Counted from the first letter of the stretch, positions 17,825-30,302 are shown. The stretch is DNA of 64,000 bases from an uncultured Lentimicrobiaceae bacterium (GCA_964521105.1 CAZFPO010000001.1:143-64142), one strand, 5' to 3'. A program made the numbers and translations. Notes: generated by a model from the sequence alone, not told the origin.

Positions 17825-18760
17825 CTAATTACTTGAATCAAGTTGACTTTTACATTTTACATTGGAAATAAAAATATCGTTCATGGTTGGGAGTTGCTCA
17901 TTAAAGTAACAAACCGTTGAATGTGAAATTAATAGGCTAAGTAGTTCGTTTGAAGTTATATCTTTAGGGAGTTTAACTAGCAATTCAACTTTTTCGTTTT
18001 GCTCTTTTATAATACTAGTATAAATTGATGGAGGTAATATATCGTTAATTGATACGGTAAGATTTTTAAGTCCTACAACAAATTCGTTTTTTTTATGCTT
18101 GTTACGTATATCCGAAACACTTCCTTCGAGAATTTTTTTTGATTTATTAATTAATGCAATATTATCGCAAAGTTCTTCAACCGATGACATATTGTGTGTT
18201 GAAAAAATGATTGTTGCTCCATTATCTTTTAAATGTAAAATCTCTTTTTTAATAATATCGGCGTTAATAGGATCAAATCCGCTAAAGGGTTCGTCGAATA
18301 TTAAAAATTTAGGTTCATGAATAATGGTTACAATAAATTGAATTTTTTGTTGCATACCTTTTGATAATTCTTCAACTTTTTTATTCCACCATGTTTCAAT
18401 TTCAAATTTCTCGAACCAAAATTTTAATTTTTTTAAAGCATCAACCTTTGAAACGCCCTTTAATTGCGATAAATAAATGGCTTGTTCGCCCACTTTCATC
18501 TTTTTATACAAACCTCTTTCTTCGGGTAAATAGCCAATTTGGGATATGTGCTTACTGCTCATTGGCTCGCCATTAAAAATAATTTGACCTTCGTCGGGAG
18601 CTGTTATTTGGTTTATAATTCGGATTAATGAGGTTTTACCTGCTCCATTTGGTCCAAGTAAACCATAAATTGAGTTGTTTGGCACACTAATGCTTACTTT
18701 TTTTAACGCTGTATGCTCGGCATATTTTTTAACAATATCATGAGTTTCTAGTATATTCAC
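17825..18760 (-). CDS. ABC transporter ATP-binding protein (NatA-like)
   Basis: Walker A GPNGAGKTS, signature LSKGMQQK, Walker B FLIFDEP. The apparent start is a GTG at 18760, overlapping the end of the upstream gene by 23 nt. Confidence 0.9.
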   Translation of the reverse strand: MNILETHDIVKKYAEHTALKKVSISVPNNSIYGLLGPNGAGKTSLIRIINQITAPDEGQIIFNGEPMSSKHISQIGYLPEERGLYKKMKVGEQAIYLSQLKGVSKVDALKKLKFWFEKFEIETWWNKKVEELSKGMQQKIQFIVTIIHEPKFLIFDEPFSGFDPINADIIKKEILHLKDNGATIIFSTHNMSSVEELCDNIALINKSKKILEGSVSDIRNKHKKNEFVVGLKNLTVSINDILPPSIYTSIIKEQNEKVELLVKLPKDITSNELLSLLISHSTVCYFNEQLPTMNDIFISNVKCKSQLDSSN

Positions 18761-19439
18761 AATTCGTAGGTTTTATAATTGCATTATTGTTTTTTTTGAA
18801 AAATGTTTTCCCCGATTTCATGTTTTTATTCATCTTTTTCTTTTGAGGTTTGTTTTTATTCATACTGGCAGCAATTTGTTGATTTTGAATTAAGATGTCT
18901 CGAGTATTAGTAAATTTAAAATCTTCACGTAAAACTAATTTGCCGTCTGAAAGAACTTTAAGATGTTCGGCTATTAATTCGTCGTTTACTGAATCGCGAT
19001 TCCAACTTAAATATTGTTTTTTTAAATGGTTTGCTATTTCAGATATAAATGCTTCTTTTTCAGCACCTTCTTCAAACCCAATCGCTTTTTCAATCATTAA
19101 TTCAATATTTTTACCGTATGGAGGAAACTTGATTTTATTTTTAGGATAGGGTAGTGGCTCCGGTTTTAATTGTATAGCTAAACCATCGGGCTTGTCGTAA
19201 GGACTATCAATGTCGAGTTTAAAATTCGACATAAAAAATAGATGATCCCATAATTTGTGCCAATAATCAACCGAATCCTTTCCATTTGGGTTAAGTTGAG
19301 ACATCACTTTAATAATAGCCTTTGCTAGTCTATTTCGTTTTTCTTTATCTTCAATGGTGCAGGTATGTTCGATCATTTTTTGAATGTTACGACCATATTC
19401 CTTAATCATTATTTTGTCTAAAGATGTATTGTAATCCAT
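18738..19439 (-). CDS. DUF4290 domain-containing protein
   Basis: The N-terminus MDYNTSLDKIMIKEYGRNIQKMIEH...DKEKRNRLAKAII...KLWDHLFFMSNFKLDID matches, from memory, the conserved Bacteroidota DUF4290 family. Confidence 0.7.
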   Translation of the reverse strand: MDYNTSLDKIMIKEYGRNIQKMIEHTCTIEDKEKRNRLAKAIIKVMSQLNPNGKDSVDYWHKLWDHLFFMSNFKLDIDSPYDKPDGLAIQLKPEPLPYPKNKIKFPPYGKNIELMIEKAIGFEEGAEKEAFISEIANHLKKQYLSWNRDSVNDELIAEHLKVLSDGKLVLREDFKFTNTRDILIQNQQIAASMNKNKPQKKKMNKNMKSGKTFFKKNNNAIIKPTNCEYTRNS

Positions 19440-19637
19440 AATTTAATAAGTTTCTAAGTTTTTAATTCGAGTCTGTTTGATGTTAACAAACTAAAAAAGA
19501 AGTCAATTGATTGTTTTTCAATATTTTTTTAAATCAAATGGCAAATTTAATAATTTTTTTGAGGAATAAGTCAAAAATGATGAGTATTATATCGTTGGCT
19601 GATTTCGTACAATTATTAAGTTGGTGAAAATGATAAA

Positions 19638-21953
19638 TTACACAATTCTAAGCTTTGCAAATTTTAATAAAAGTGTTTTTGTTTCGCCACTTTCAAAGAG
19701 TACACTCGCTTTTTTATTATCATCAGTTCCAATAATTTCAATTACTTTACCAAATCCAAATTTTTCATGTTCGACGTTTGTATTTGAAGTTACATCAATA
19801 GTTGCAAACTCACTTTCAGGTGAATTTTGTATGGATTCATTGGTTAATTTCTTCAATTTCGAAGGTACAGATGATGTTACAATTTTATTTGATATTTTAT
19901 TAGAAAAGGAATTATTAAATTTTGTTTTTGGTTGTTCAATAATTTTAAAAGGCTTTATTGAGGCAAATTCTTCATCTTCAAATTCAACAAAAGAGTCGTC
20001 AATATCATCGATAAATCGGCTGGGTTCAGCAAAAGTTATCTGTCCCCATTGGTAACGAGTTTGAGCGTATGTGATGTATGCTTTTTTTTCGGCACGTGTA
20101 AGAGCCACATAAAAAAGTCTTCGTTCTTCTTCTAACTCGGTTCGCGAATTAAGCGACATAAATGATGGGAAAAGATTTTCTTCGGCACCGACAATAAAAA
20201 CAACAGGAAATTCTAAGCCTTTTGCTGAGTGAATGGTCATAAGCAGCGTTTTATCCGCATTATCATCATCTTTTTCTTCAACATCAGAAAGCAACGAAAC
20301 TTGATTTAAAAAATCGTTCAACGATCGAAATGATGTATTAATTTCACCTGTTTCAAAATCGGGTTCGGGTTCCGTATCTACAAAATTTCGAATAGCATTT
20401 AAAAGTTCTTCCACGTTTTTGTAACGTTCGGGTTCATCTTTATTTTCCGAAAGTTCGCTGATTATACCTGTGGAAGTAACAATTAAATGAGCCAAATCGT
20501 ATGCGTTCAGGGTGTCATTTTGAGCTTTAAAACTCATAATTTTATTTGCAAAATCTTCCAGTTTAACCAAGTAGGCATTGTTCATCGGAAGTTCATATTT
20601 TCGAGGATTTGCAATAATATTCCAAATGGGTACATTAAGGTTCGATGCATGGACAATGATTTTTTCCATCGTAGTTTGTCCAATGCCCCGCTGGGGATAA
20701 TTAATAATTCTTTTCAATGCTTCTTCATCGTGAAAGTTAAAAATTAGTCGAAAATATGACAGTACGTCTTTAATTTCTTTTCGTTTATAAAAAGACATTC
20801 CCCCATAAATTTTATGAGGAATATTTTTTAAACGAAAGGCTTCTTCAAAAGCACGAGATTGAGCATTTGTGCGATAAAGAATTGAAAAATCAGAAAAATT
20901 TAAATTTAAAAGATTTTTTTCACGAAGTATTATTTCGGCAATTTTCTTGGCTTCATCAGATTCGGAAGAGGCTTTAATAACTTTCACTTTCATCCCACTT
21001 TCGTTCGATGTCCAAATGTTTTTTGAAATTTGTTTTTGATTTACTTTAATCAAGCTGTTTGCTGCAGCTACGATGTTTTTAGTGGAACGATAATTTTGTT
21101 CGAGCTTAAATAGTTGATAATCGGGATAATCCGATTTAAAATTTAAAATATTTTGAATATTTGCACCTCTAAATGCATAGATGCTTTGTGCATCGTCTCC
21201 AACAACGCAAATGTTTTCATTATTTGCCGCAAGTTTTTTTAAAATTAAATATTGAGCGTAGTTAGTATCTTGGTATTCATCAACTAAAATATACTTAAAA
21301 ATTTGTTGATATTTGTGAAGCGTAGCCGGAAAATCACGAAACAGAACATTGGTGTTAAAAAGTAAGTCGTCAAAATCCATGGCATTTGCTCGTTTTAACC
21401 GTAGGTTATATGTTTTATATAATTCATGGATTAAAGGACGTTGAGCCGAAGCATCGGCTTGAATAATTTCGTTATTTTGTGAATAATCTTCGGGCGAAAT
21501 TAAATTATTTTTTGCCATCGAAATTCGCGATAAAACCGAACTAGGTTTATAAACTTTAATATCTAAATCAAGTTCTTTAATTATCGATTTAATTAAATTT
21601 TTGCCTTCATCGGTATCGTAAATCGAGAAATCTCGTGTATAACCAATTTTGTCGCTTTCTATTCGCAAAATTCTAGAAAATACCGAGTGAAAAGTTCCCA
21701 TCCATACATTTTTGCCTTCGTTACTTCCCAAAATTTTAATAATTCGGGCTTTCATTTCGTCGGCTGCTTTATTTGTAAAAGTTAACGACAATATGTTAAA
21801 AGGGTCGATGCCCGATTTTACCATATTAGCAATTCTATATGTAAGAACCCTTGTTTTTCCAGAACCAGCACCCGCAATAACCATCACCGGTCCCTCAAGC
21901 GAAACCACTGCTTTAACTTGTGCTTCGTTTAATTCATTTAAAAAATCACTCAT
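19638..21953 (-). CDS. ATP-dependent DNA helicase, UvrD/PcrA (SF1) family
   Basis: 771 aa with motifs AGAGSGKT, DEYQDTN, VGDDAQSIYAFRGA, YRS, TIHSAKGLEF and VALTRA. Confidence 0.9.
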   Translation of the reverse strand: MSDFLNELNEAQVKAVVSLEGPVMVIAGAGSGKTRVLTYRIANMVKSGIDPFNILSLTFTNKAADEMKARIIKILGSNEGKNVWMGTFHSVFSRILRIESDKIGYTRDFSIYDTDEGKNLIKSIIKELDLDIKVYKPSSVLSRISMAKNNLISPEDYSQNNEIIQADASAQRPLIHELYKTYNLRLKRANAMDFDDLLFNTNVLFRDFPATLHKYQQIFKYILVDEYQDTNYAQYLILKKLAANNENICVVGDDAQSIYAFRGANIQNILNFKSDYPDYQLFKLEQNYRSTKNIVAAANSLIKVNQKQISKNIWTSNESGMKVKVIKASSESDEAKKIAEIILREKNLLNLNFSDFSILYRTNAQSRAFEEAFRLKNIPHKIYGGMSFYKRKEIKDVLSYFRLIFNFHDEEALKRIINYPQRGIGQTTMEKIIVHASNLNVPIWNIIANPRKYELPMNNAYLVKLEDFANKIMSFKAQNDTLNAYDLAHLIVTSTGIISELSENKDEPERYKNVEELLNAIRNFVDTEPEPDFETGEINTSFRSLNDFLNQVSLLSDVEEKDDDNADKTLLMTIHSAKGLEFPVVFIVGAEENLFPSFMSLNSRTELEEERRLFYVALTRAEKKAYITYAQTRYQWGQITFAEPSRFIDDIDDSFVEFEDEEFASIKPFKIIEQPKTKFNNSFSNKISNKIVTSSVPSKLKKLTNESIQNSPESEFATIDVTSNTNVEHEKFGFGKVIEIIGTDDNKKASVLFESGETKTLLLKFAKLRIV

Positions 21954-21973
21954 CTATTTTTCATTTATGACGA

Positions 21974-21981
21974 CAAAGATA
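21974..21981 (-). promoter_or_regulatory. Candidate -7 box TATCTTTG (minus strand) upstream of the helicase gene
   Basis: The reverse complement of CAAAGATA matches TAnnTTTG, 20 nt upstream of the ATG at 21953. Confidence 0.3.
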
Positions 21982-22309
21982 ATTAAACTAAAAAAGATAG
22001 AAGAATATAATTTTAGATTCAACAATAGTTTGCTGCATATTAATATTCGATTGATATTAAAAAAGAATATAAATGATTGAAATACATTTAATAAACTTTT
22101 TGATTATTGTAAAAAATATTTTATTCTATGATTTCATATTATTTTTTAATGAAAAGCCGACTTCAGAAATAGAAAATTAAATAAAATGCTAAAATATAAT
22201 GATAAAATTTTTACCATTAATATTATATATGGAAAGTGAAAAAATAGTATCAAAATTAGGAGGTAATTAAAAAAATATCTCAAAAAATAAAATAAAATGA
22301 TGTAAGTAC

Positions 22310-22339
22310 TTGAATAATAAAAAAAAAGTTTTACCTTTG
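22310..22339 (+). promoter_or_regulatory. Candidate promoter of the ribosomal supercluster (TTG-N19-TACCTTTG)
   Basis: -7 box TACCTTTG at 22332-22339 with a TTG 19 nt upstream, 58 nt before the rpsL ATG. Follows a 444-nt AT-rich non-coding region. Confidence 0.4.
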
Positions 22340-22397
22340 CAGTCCCAAATAATTGGGGGTATTATTTATTGTACTGAAAACCAATTTATAAACTAGT

Positions 22398-22775
22398 ATG
22401 CCAACAATACAACAGTTAGTAAGAAAAGGACGGAAAAAGGTGAATTATAAAAGTAAGTCGCCAGCTTTAACCGGATGTCCACAAAGGCGAGGTGTATGTG
22501 TAAGGGTTTACACCACTACACCAAAGAAGCCAAACTCAGCTATGCGTAAAGTAGCTAGGGTACGTTTAACCAATCAAATGGAAGTGAATGCGTATATTCC
22601 AGGAGAAGGTCATAATTTGCAGGAGCACAGTATTGTGATGATACGTGGTGGTCGTGTTAAAGATTTACCAGGAGTACGTTATCACATCATCAGAGGTGCA
22701 TTAGACACTTCGGGAGTAGACGGACGAAATCAAAGAAGATCCAAGTACGGAACAAAACGTCCAAAGAAAAAGTAA
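22398..22775 (+). CDS. rpsL: 30S ribosomal protein S12
   Basis: [12 protein letters not shown]...PKKPNSA(M)RK is canonical uS12. Confidence 0.98.
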   Translation: MPTIQQLVRKGRKKVNYKSKSPALTGCPQRRGVCVRVYTTTPKKPNSAMRKVARVRLTNQMEVNAYIPGEGHNLQEHSIVMIRGGRVKDLPGVRYHIIRGALDTSGVDGRNQRRSKYGTKRPKKK

Positions 22776-22799
22776 TCTTGTTTTAAAGATAGTTTAACT

Positions 22800-23267
22800 A
22801 TGAGAAAATCAAAACCAAAAAAACGAATTATTCTTCCAGACCCAAAATTTAATGACACTATTGTTACCAAATTTGTTAACAATATTATGTTACAAGGGAA
22901 GAAGAATACTGCATTTAAAATTTTTTATGATGCAATAGACGTTGTTAGTGAAAAAACAAAAGAAGATGGTCTTGAAGTTTGGAGAAAAGGGTTAGCAAAT
23001 GTTACTCCTTCGGTTGAAGTTCGCAGTCGCCGAATTGGTGGAGCTACTTTCCAAATTCCATCAGAAATTCGTCCCGAAAGAAAACAATCAATCGGTATGA
23101 AAAATTTAATTCTTTATGCTCGGAAACGTCATGAAAAATCGATGTCGATGAAACTCGCATCAGAAATCATAGCAGCGTATAAAGAAGAAGGTTCCGCATT
23201 TAAACGCAAAGAGGATATGCACCGTATGGCTGATGCCAATAAAGCATTCTCTCACTTCAGATTTTAA
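22800..23267 (+). CDS. rpsG: 30S ribosomal protein S7
   Basis: Canonical uS7 sequence and str-operon position. Confidence 0.98.
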   Translation: MRKSKPKKRIILPDPKFNDTIVTKFVNNIMLQGKKNTAFKIFYDAIDVVSEKTKEDGLEVWRKGLANVTPSVEVRSRRIGGATFQIPSEIRPERKQSIGMKNLILYARKRHEKSMSMKLASEIIAAYKEEGSAFKRKEDMHRMADANKAFSHFRF

Positions 23268-23302
23268 TTATAAACAAAAAAAGTAATACAGAATAAAGAT
23301 TA

Positions 23303-25402
23303 ATGAGCGAAGAGATTAAATATACCAGAAATATTGGGATTATGGCTCATATCGACGCCGGTAAAACTACTACTACCGAGCGAATTTTGTATTATACCGG
23401 AAAGAGTTATAAATTAGGCGAAGTTCATGAAGGAACTGCAACCATGGACTGGATGGTGCAAGAACAAGAACGAGGAATAACAATTACATCTGCTGCTACT
23501 ACTGTTTATTGGGATTTAAACGAACAACCTTATAAAATTAACATCATTGATACCCCCGGACACGTTGATTTTACGGTTGAAGTTGAACGTTCATTAAGAG
23601 TTTTAGATGGTGCAGTTGCATTGTTTTGTGCAGTTGGTGGCGTTGAACCACAATCAGAAACAGTTTGGAAGCAAGCTAATAAGTATAACGTTCCTCGAAT
23701 TTGTTTTGTAAATAAAATGGATAGGGCTGGAGCAAACTTTTTCCGCGTTTTAGATCAAATTGAAACACGCCTTAATGCTACCCCCATTCCATTGCAACTT
23801 CCCATTGGTTCAGAAGACAATTTTATTGGAATTGTTGACTTAATCAAAAATAAAGCATTCGTTTGGGACGAAACTTCTCTGGGTGTTGTATTTGCCGAAG
23901 TGGATATACCTGAGGATATGATTGAACAAGTTGCTGAATATCGCAATTTATTACTCGAAGCTGCCGCTGAACAAAATGAAGACATTCTTGTAAAGTATTT
24001 TGAAGATCCAAATTCGGTTACCGATGAGGAAATTGTTGACGCTATTCGTCAAGCAACGTTATCGTTGAAAATTTGTCCCGTTTTATGTGGTGCTTCATTT
24101 AAAAATAAAGGTGTTCAACGACTACTTGATGCCGTTATTCAATTTCTTCCTAGTCCAATGGATGTTGAACCAGTAACTGGAATTAATCCTAAAACTGAAA
24201 CACCAGAAGTTCGCAAACCCGACATCAATGAGCCTTTTGCAGCTTTAGCATTTAAAATTGCAACCGACCCTTATGTTGGAAGAATTGCTTTTTTTAGAGT
24301 TTATTCAGGGCGATTAAATTCGGGAACTGTTGTTTATAATACAGGCTCGAAAAAACGTGAACGTTTAGCACGCTTGTTACGAATGCACGCTAATAAGCAA
24401 AATCCAATTGATGTAATAGAGGCAGGTGACATTGCAGTTGCTGTTGGTTTTAAGGATATACGAACCGGAGATACTCTTTGCGATGAAAACCACCCAATTA
24501 TCCTTGAAAATATAGTTTTTCCTGAACCAGTTATTGCGGTAGCTGTTGAACCAAAAACCCAAGAAGATATTGATAAACTTTCGCTAGCTCTTAATAAATT
24601 AGCGGAAGAAGATCCAACTTTTATCGTTAAAGTTGATGAGGAAATTGGACAAACCGTTATTCAGGGAATGGGAGAATTACATTTAGAAATATTACTCGAT
24701 CGCTTAAAACGAGAGTTTAAAGTAGAATGTAATCATGGTAAACCTCAAGTTGCATACAAAGAGGCAATTACTAGCATTGTTCGACATCGCGAAGTTTATA
24801 AAAAACAGTCGGGTGGAAAAGGAAAATTTGCCGACATAACCTTTGATATATCACCGGTTGATAGCAATGTTAAAGGTTTAGTGTTTGTTGATAATATTAA
24901 AGGTGGTGCTTTAACAAAAGAATATGTAAATGCTGTTCAAAAAGGATTTACGAATGCTATGAGAAATGGTGTTTTAGCTGGATATCCGTTGGAAGGTTTA
25001 AAAGTAACATTATTAGATGGAACTTATCATCCGGTTGATTCTGACTCATTATCATTCGAGATTTGTGCAAGTATTGCATTTAAAAATGCATGTAAAAAAG
25101 CTAAAAGTGTATTTCTTGAACCAATTATGTCTTTGGAAATTATATCACCAGCCGACTTTATCGGAAATATTAGTGGAGATTTAAATAGAAGAAGAGCCGT
25201 AATTATGGCGATTGATTCAAATATTAATGGACAAATTATTAAAGCAAAAGTACCACTATCCGAAATGTTTGGTTATGTAACAACATTGCGTACATTATCA
25301 TCAGGACGTGCATCATCAACCATGGAGTTTTCGCACTATTCAATTGTGCCCGACTCTATTAGTGAAACCATACTATATAAAGGAAAATATTTACTATTGT
25401 AA
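23303..25402 (+). CDS. fusA: Elongation factor G
   Basis: 699 aa. GTPase motifs [18 protein letters not shown]. Follows rpsG. Confidence 0.98.
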   Translation: MSEEIKYTRNIGIMAHIDAGKTTTTERILYYTGKSYKLGEVHEGTATMDWMVQEQERGITITSAATTVYWDLNEQPYKINIIDTPGHVDFTVEVERSLRVLDGAVALFCAVGGVEPQSETVWKQANKYNVPRICFVNKMDRAGANFFRVLDQIETRLNATPIPLQLPIGSEDNFIGIVDLIKNKAFVWDETSLGVVFAEVDIPEDMIEQVAEYRNLLLEAAAEQNEDILVKYFEDPNSVTDEEIVDAIRQATLSLKICPVLCGASFKNKGVQRLLDAVIQFLPSPMDVEPVTGINPKTETPEVRKPDINEPFAALAFKIATDPYVGRIAFFRVYSGRLNSGTVVYNTGSKKRERLARLLRMHANKQNPIDVIEAGDIAVAVGFKDIRTGDTLCDENHPIILENIVFPEPVIAVAVEPKTQEDIDKLSLALNKLAEEDPTFIVKVDEEIGQTVIQGMGELHLEILLDRLKREFKVECNHGKPQVAYKEAITSIVRHREVYKKQSGGKGKFADITFDISPVDSNVKGLVFVDNIKGGALTKEYVNAVQKGFTNAMRNGVLAGYPLEGLKVTLLDGTYHPVDSDSLSFEICASIAFKNACKKAKSVFLEPIMSLEIISPADFIGNISGDLNRRRAVIMAIDSNINGQIIKAKVPLSEMFGYVTTLRTLSSGRASSTMEFSHYSIVPDSISETILYKGKYLLL

Positions 25403-25421
25403 ACCAAATAAATATTAAACT

Positions 25422-25727
25422 GTGAACCAGAGAATAAGAATTAAATTAAAATCGTACGACCATAGTTTGGTCGACAAATCAGCAGAAAAGATAGTTAAGA
25501 CTGTAAAAGCTGCTGGTGCAATAGTTAGTGGTCCGATACCGCTGCCAACGCACAAAAAGATTTTTACTGTAAATCGTGCAACATTCGTAAACAAGAAATC
25601 TAGAGAACAATTTGAACTATCATCGTACAAACGTATCCTTGATATTTATAGTTCAACCCCCAAAACAATTGATGCTCTGATGAAACTTGAATTACCAAGT
25701 GGCGTAGAAGTAGAAATTAAAGTGTGA
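25422..25727 (+). CDS. rpsJ: 30S ribosomal protein S10
   Basis: (M)[13 protein letters not shown]... is canonical uS10. The apparent start codon is GTG. Confidence 0.97.
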   Translation: MNQRIRIKLKSYDHSLVDKSAEKIVKTVKAAGAIVSGPIPLPTHKKIFTVNRATFVNKKSREQFELSSYKRILDIYSSTPKTIDALMKLELPSGVEVEIKV

Positions 25728-25766
25728 GGTAAGTATCTAAGTTAAATTAGTAAACAAAAAAAAGTA

Positions 25767-26396
25767 ATGTCAGGACTAATTGGAAAAAAAATCGGAATGA
25801 CCAGTATTTATGATGCCTCTGGTAAAAATATACCATGCACTGTTATTGAAGCTGGTCCCTGTGTAGTAACACAGGTTAGAACCATCGAGAATGACAAGTA
25901 TGAAGCGATTCAACTTGCATACGATGAGAAAAAAGAAAAGAACACTACCAATCCTTTAAAAGGACATTTCAAAAAAGCAGGAACAACTCCAAAACGTATA
26001 ATGATGGAGTTTACTCGTTTTGAAATTGAACACCGTAAATCATTTGGAGAAACATTAGATGTAACAATCTTCAGCGAAGGTGAATATATCGACGTTTCAG
26101 GAATGTCCAAGGGTAAAGGTTTTCAGGGCGTTGTAAAACGTCATGGATTTAGAGGCGTTGGTGATGCTACTCACGGTCAGCACGATCGTTTAAGGGCTCC
26201 AGGTTCTATGGGTGCATCTTCCTATCCATCTCGAGTTTTTAAAGGGATGCGTATGGCAGGTCAAACAGGAAATAGAAAAGTAAAGATGATAAATCTTCAA
26301 GTTCTAAAAATAATACCTGAGAGAAATATTTTAGTTGTTAAAGGTTCTGTACCAGGATCAAACGGTTCATACTTAAAAATTGAAAGATGGAGTTAA
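25767..26396 (+). CDS. rplC: 50S ribosomal protein L3
   Basis: Canonical uL3 ([10 protein letters not shown]...). Confidence 0.98.
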   Translation: MSGLIGKKIGMTSIYDASGKNIPCTVIEAGPCVVTQVRTIENDKYEAIQLAYDEKKEKNTTNPLKGHFKKAGTTPKRIMMEFTRFEIEHRKSFGETLDVTIFSEGEYIDVSGMSKGKGFQGVVKRHGFRGVGDATHGQHDRLRAPGSMGASSYPSRVFKGMRMAGQTGNRKVKMINLQVLKIIPERNILVVKGSVPGSNGSYLKIERWS

Positions 26397-27022
26397 AAGT
26401 ATATAAATTCGATGGCAGCGAAACCACCAAAACCGTATCGTTAAACGACGAAATGTTTTCAGTTGAACCAAACGATCACGCTATTTGGTTAGATGTAAAA
26501 AACATCTTAGCAAACCGCAGACAAGGTACTCATAGCTCGAAAGAAAAATCAATGCTTTCGGGAAGTACACGTAAGTTGAAAAAACAAAAAGGAACGGGCG
26601 GAGCTCGTGCCGGTAGTATTAAAAATCCTTTGTTCCATGGTGGAGCACGTGTTTTTGGTCCACACCCAAGAATATACGGATTTAAACTAAACAAAAAAGT
26701 AAAACAACTTGCTCGCATATCAGCCTTGTCTTACAAAACAAAATCTAATGATTTATTAGTAGTAGAAGACTTCACTTTTGAGCAACCTAGCACAAAAGCT
26801 TATAAGGATTTTATTAAAAATTTTGATTTAGTTGATAAAAAAAGTTTATTAATTGTTTCTGAATCAAATAAAAATGTATATTTGTCCTCTCGAAATTTGA
26901 AGAGTTGCAGAGTTATAACTGTTTCAGATATAAACACTTATGATATTATGCAGGCTTCAAAACTTATTTTATTTGAGAGCTCAATTAATAAAATTCAAAA
27001 ACAAGATAAGTCGGAAGAGTAG
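26387..27022 (+). CDS. rplD: 50S ribosomal protein L4
   Basis: uL4 similarity. Overlaps the rplC end by 10 nt. Confidence 0.97.
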   Translation: MELKVYKFDGSETTKTVSLNDEMFSVEPNDHAIWLDVKNILANRRQGTHSSKEKSMLSGSTRKLKKQKGTGGARAGSIKNPLFHGGARVFGPHPRIYGFKLNKKVKQLARISALSYKTKSNDLLVVEDFTFEQPSTKAYKDFIKNFDLVDKKSLLIVSESNKNVYLSSRNLKSCRVITVSDINTYDIMQASKLILFESSINKIQKQDKSEE

Positions 27023-27044
27023 TAATTATTAACAAAAAACTGTA

Positions 27045-27335
27045 ATGGATATCATAATTAAGCCCATCATCACCGAAAAAAGAACCCAAAATGCTGAGAA
27101 ATTAAACAGCTACGGTTTTATAGTGAATAGAAAGGCCAATAAGTATCAAATAAGAAAAGCTATTGAAGAGCTATATAGTGTTAAAATAGAATCAGTTAAT
27201 ACTTTGATTCAACGAGGAAAAAAATCTACTCGTAACACTAAAACCGGTATGATAGTCGGTAGTAAAAGCTCGTTGAAAAAAGCTTTCGTGAAATTAAAAG
27301 ATGGTCAAACAATCGATTTTTATAGCAATATCTAA
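27045..27335 (+). CDS. rplW: 50S ribosomal protein L23
   Basis: uL23 similarity and S10-operon position. Confidence 0.97.
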   Translation: MDIIIKPIITEKRTQNAEKLNSYGFIVNRKANKYQIRKAIEELYSVKIESVNTLIQRGKKSTRNTKTGMIVGSKSSLKKAFVKLKDGQTIDFYSNI

Positions 27336-27337
27336 CA

Positions 27338-28168
27338 ATGGCTTTAAAGAAATACAAACCAGTAACACCCGGTCAACGTTTCAAAGTTGTAAGTAACTTT
27401 GAAGAAATCACGACAAATCAACCTGAGAAAAGTTTATTAGCTCCAATCAAAAGATCGGGTGGGCGTAATAATCAGGGAACTATGACCATGAGATATATTG
27501 GAGGCGGTCATAAAAAAATGTATCGTATAATCGACTTTAAAAGAGAAAAAGACGGTATACCAGCAGTAGTTAAATCCGTAGAATACGACCCAAATCGCTC
27601 TGCTCGCATTGCGTTGGTAGTTTACAAAGATGGTGAAAAAAGATATATCATTGCACCACATGGAATTCAAGTGGGACAAGAAATTATATCGGGTAAAGGA
27701 ATTTCACCTGATTTAGGAAACACATTATTCCTATCTGAAATACCATTTGGAACGATTATTCATAACATTGAACTTCGTCCAGGTCAAGGAGCAAAAATTG
27801 CTCGCGGAGCCGGAACATATGCTCAATTATTATCACGCGATGGAAAATATGCAAATATTAAGTTGCCTTCAGGCGAAATTCGTATGATTTTGTTGGAATG
27901 TAAAGCAACCATAGGCATGTCATCTAATATCGACCATAATCTTCAAGTTTCTGGTAAAGCTGGAAGAAGTCGTTGGCAAGGTCGTCGTCCTCGAGTTCGT
28001 GGAGTTGTTATGAACCCTGTTGATCACCCAATGGGTGGTGGCGAAGGTCGTGCAACAGGTGGTCATCCACGTTCACGTAAGGGTATTCCATCAAAAGGAT
28101 ACAAAACTCGTTCGTTAAAGAAGAGTTCAAATAAGTATATAATTGAAAGAAGAAAAAATAACAGATAA
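27338..28168 (+). CDS. rplB: 50S ribosomal protein L2
   Basis: Canonical uL2 (...[17 protein letters not shown]...). Confidence 0.98.
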   Translation: MALKKYKPVTPGQRFKVVSNFEEITTNQPEKSLLAPIKRSGGRNNQGTMTMRYIGGGHKKMYRIIDFKREKDGIPAVVKSVEYDPNRSARIALVVYKDGEKRYIIAPHGIQVGQEIISGKGISPDLGNTLFLSEIPFGTIIHNIELRPGQGAKIARGAGTYAQLLSRDGKYANIKLPSGEIRMILLECKATIGMSSNIDHNLQVSGKAGRSRWQGRRPRVRGVVMNPVDHPMGGGEGRATGGHPRSRKGIPSKGYKTRSLKKSSNKYIIERRKNNR

Positions 28169-28180
28169 AGGGATAACATT

Positions 28181-28459
28181 ATGAGCCGCTCATTAAAAAA
28201 AGGACCCTACGTTCATTATAAACTCGAAAAGAGAGTAGGAGAAGCACAAAACGCCACAAAAAAAGGAACTATTAAAACATGGTCACGTGCCTCGATGATT
28301 ACTCCTGAATTTGTAGGTTTAACTATTGCAGTACATAACGGAAATAAATTTATTCCTGTTTATGTAACAGAAAATATGGTTGGTCACAAGCTTGGTGAAT
28401 TCGCTCCAACGCGAATATTTAGAGGCCATGCTGGTAATAAAGATAAAGGCAAAAAATAA
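28181..28459 (+). CDS. rpsS: 30S ribosomal protein S19
   Basis: [11 protein letters not shown]... is canonical uS19. Confidence 0.98.
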   Translation: MSRSLKKGPYVHYKLEKRVGEAQNATKKGTIKTWSRASMITPEFVGLTIAVHNGNKFIPVYVTENMVGHKLGEFAPTRIFRGHAGNKDKGKK

Positions 28460-28475
28460 GAAAAATAATTAAAAA

Positions 28476-28871
28476 ATGGGATCACGTAAACGTATAAAAG
28501 CCGAAGAATCAAGAGAAGCCAAAAAAAGTACTTTCATGGCTCGATTGGTAGATAATCCAACATCTCCTCGCAAAGCTCGTTTAATGGCTGATTTAATCAG
28601 AGGAATGAACGTAGAAAAAGCACTAAATGTTTTAAAGTTTAGCAATAAAGAGTCAGCTGTCAAAATTCAAAAATTATTACTATCAGCAATTTCTAATTGG
28701 CAACAAAAAAATGAAGGTGCTCGAATAGAAGACAGTAATTTGTATGTAAAAGAGATTTTTGTAGACGGAGGTCGTATGCTAAAACGTCTCAGAACAGCAC
28801 CTCAAGGTAGAGGATATAGAGTTAGAAAACGTTCTAACCATATTACATTAATTATTGACAGTAAAAACTAA
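28476..28871 (+). CDS. rplV: 50S ribosomal protein L22
   Basis: uL22 similarity and operon position. Confidence 0.97.
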   Translation: MGSRKRIKAEESREAKKSTFMARLVDNPTSPRKARLMADLIRGMNVEKALNVLKFSNKESAVKIQKLLLSAISNWQQKNEGARIEDSNLYVKEIFVDGGRMLKRLRTAPQGRGYRVRKRSNHITLIIDSKN

Positions 28872-28885
28872 TAAAGAATATTTAA

Positions 28886-29608
28886 ATGGGACAAAAAGTA
28901 AATCCGATAAGCCTTAGATTAGGAATTATTAAAGGTTGGGATTCTAATTGGTATGGCGGAAAATCTTTCGAAAGCAAATTAGTTGAAGATCATAAGATTC
29001 GTCTTTATCTTCAAGCTCGTTTAAACAAAGCTGGTATCTCGAAAATATACATCGAGCGTACATTAAAGCTTGTTACTGTTACTATCTATACTGCTCGTCC
29101 AGGTTTAATCATTGGAAAAGGTGGTCAAGAAGTAGATAAATTGAAAGAAGAATTAAAAAAAGTTACAAATAAAGAAATTCAAATCAATATCTCAGAAATA
29201 AAACGCCCTGAGTTAGACGCTGTTCTTGTTGCTCAAGCTGTTGCTAAGCAAATTGAAGCTCGAGTTTCATATCGTAGAGCTATTAAAACTGCAATCGCAT
29301 CTACTATGCGAATAGGAGCCGAAGGAATAAAAGTTTCAGTTTCTGGTCGTATTGGTGGTGCCGAAATGGCACGTAACGAGCATTTTAAAGAAGGTAGAAC
29401 ACCTCTTCATACGCTTCGTGCTGATATCGACTATGCTGCTGCAGAAGCTCATACTACTTACGGTAGAATAGGCGTAAAAGTTTGGATTTGTAAAGGTTTA
29501 ATTTATGGTAAACCCGATTTGTTTGCAAATATTGGAGATGCCAAAGAAAGTAAGTCATCATCGATGAAAAAACCTATGCCACAACAAGCTAGAAGAAAAA
29601 GACAATAA
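28886..29608 (+). CDS. rpsC: 30S ribosomal protein S3
   Basis: [14 protein letters not shown]... is canonical uS3, with a basic C-terminal tail. Confidence 0.98.
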   Translation: MGQKVNPISLRLGIIKGWDSNWYGGKSFESKLVEDHKIRLYLQARLNKAGISKIYIERTLKLVTVTIYTARPGLIIGKGGQEVDKLKEELKKVTNKEIQINISEIKRPELDAVLVAQAVAKQIEARVSYRRAIKTAIASTMRIGAEGIKVSVSGRIGGAEMARNEHFKEGRTPLHTLRADIDYAAAEAHTTYGRIGVKVWICKGLIYGKPDLFANIGDAKESKSSSMKKPMPQQARRKRQ

Positions 29609-29638
29609 AACCAATAGAAACAATAAAAATAAAAACAA

Positions 29639-30067
29639 ATGTTACAGCCTAAAAAGACGAAATTTAGAAGGCATCAAAAAGGGAAAATGAAAGGTTTTTC
29701 CAAAAGGGGTAGTGAAATCGCTTTTGGTTCTTTCGCCCTTAAAAGCACCGAAGAGTGTTGGATGACTGGTCGACAAATAGAAGCTGCTCGTCAGGCAATG
29801 ACTCGTTACATGAAAAGAGAAGGAAAAATATGGATTCGCATATTCCCCGATAAACCTGTAACAAAAAAACCAGCTGAAGTACGTATGGGTAAAGGTAAAG
29901 GTTCGCCCGAATATTTTGTGGCTCGTATAAGCCCCGGTAGAATCCTTTTTGAAGCAGACGGCGTTCCTATGGAAATTGCTAAAGAAGCATTACGATTAGC
30001 CGCTCAAAAACTACCTATCATGACCAAATTTATTGTTAGAAGAGATTACCAAGAAGAATTAATGTAA
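29639..30067 (+). CDS. rplP: 50S ribosomal protein L16
   Basis: [15 protein letters not shown]... is canonical uL16. Confidence 0.98.
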   Translation: MLQPKKTKFRRHQKGKMKGFSKRGSEIAFGSFALKSTEECWMTGRQIEAARQAMTRYMKREGKIWIRIFPDKPVTKKPAEVRMGKGKGSPEYFVARISPGRILFEADGVPMEIAKEALRLAAQKLPIMTKFIVRRDYQEELM

Positions 30068-30075
30068 AAACAACA

Positions 30076-30285
30076 ATGAAGCAAAGTGTAATTAGTGAAC
30101 TTTCAAATGCCGAACTTATTGAAAGGCTAGAAGAAGAAAAGAAACAACTCGTGAAATTGAAAATAAATCACGCTGTTTCTCCATTAGAAAATCCTTGTAA
30201 AATACAGGAATATCGTAAAACAGTTGCCCGAATTAAAACGGAAATTCGTAAACGCGAATTAAACGATTCTAAAAAGGCAGAATAA
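30076..30285 (+). CDS. rpmC: 50S ribosomal protein L29
   Basis: uL29 similarity and operon position. Confidence 0.95.
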   Translation: MKQSVISELSNAELIERLEEEKKQLVKLKINHAVSPLENPCKIQEYRKTVARIKTEIRKRELNDSKKAE

Positions 30286-30302
30286 AAAAACAAGAAACCT
30301 AT

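Noticed and set aside
18738-18760. 23-nt overlap between the DUF4290 gene end and the ABC ATPase start as a possible frameshift or fusion
   Set aside because: Both frames give complete, family-typical termini. The overlap depends on a GTG start assignment and is compatible with ordinary translational coupling.
16482-18760. ABC ATPase plus ABC-2 permease as the gliding-motility GldA/GldF/GldG transporter
   Set aside because: Only two genes are present, and the permease is a single large NatB-like protein rather than a GldF plus GldG pair. No basis for that assignment.
19621-22080. Plus-strand ORFs 19621-20055, 20487-20747 and 21712-22080 overlapping the helicase gene
   Set aside because: They are antisense to a full-length UvrD/PcrA helicase with all SF1 motifs, and their translations have no recognisable features.
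25403-25421. Absence of tuf between fusA and rpsJ
   Set aside because: As far as I know, tuf is normally encoded elsewhere in Bacteroidota (near secE-nusG). The 19-nt junction shows no scar of a deletion.
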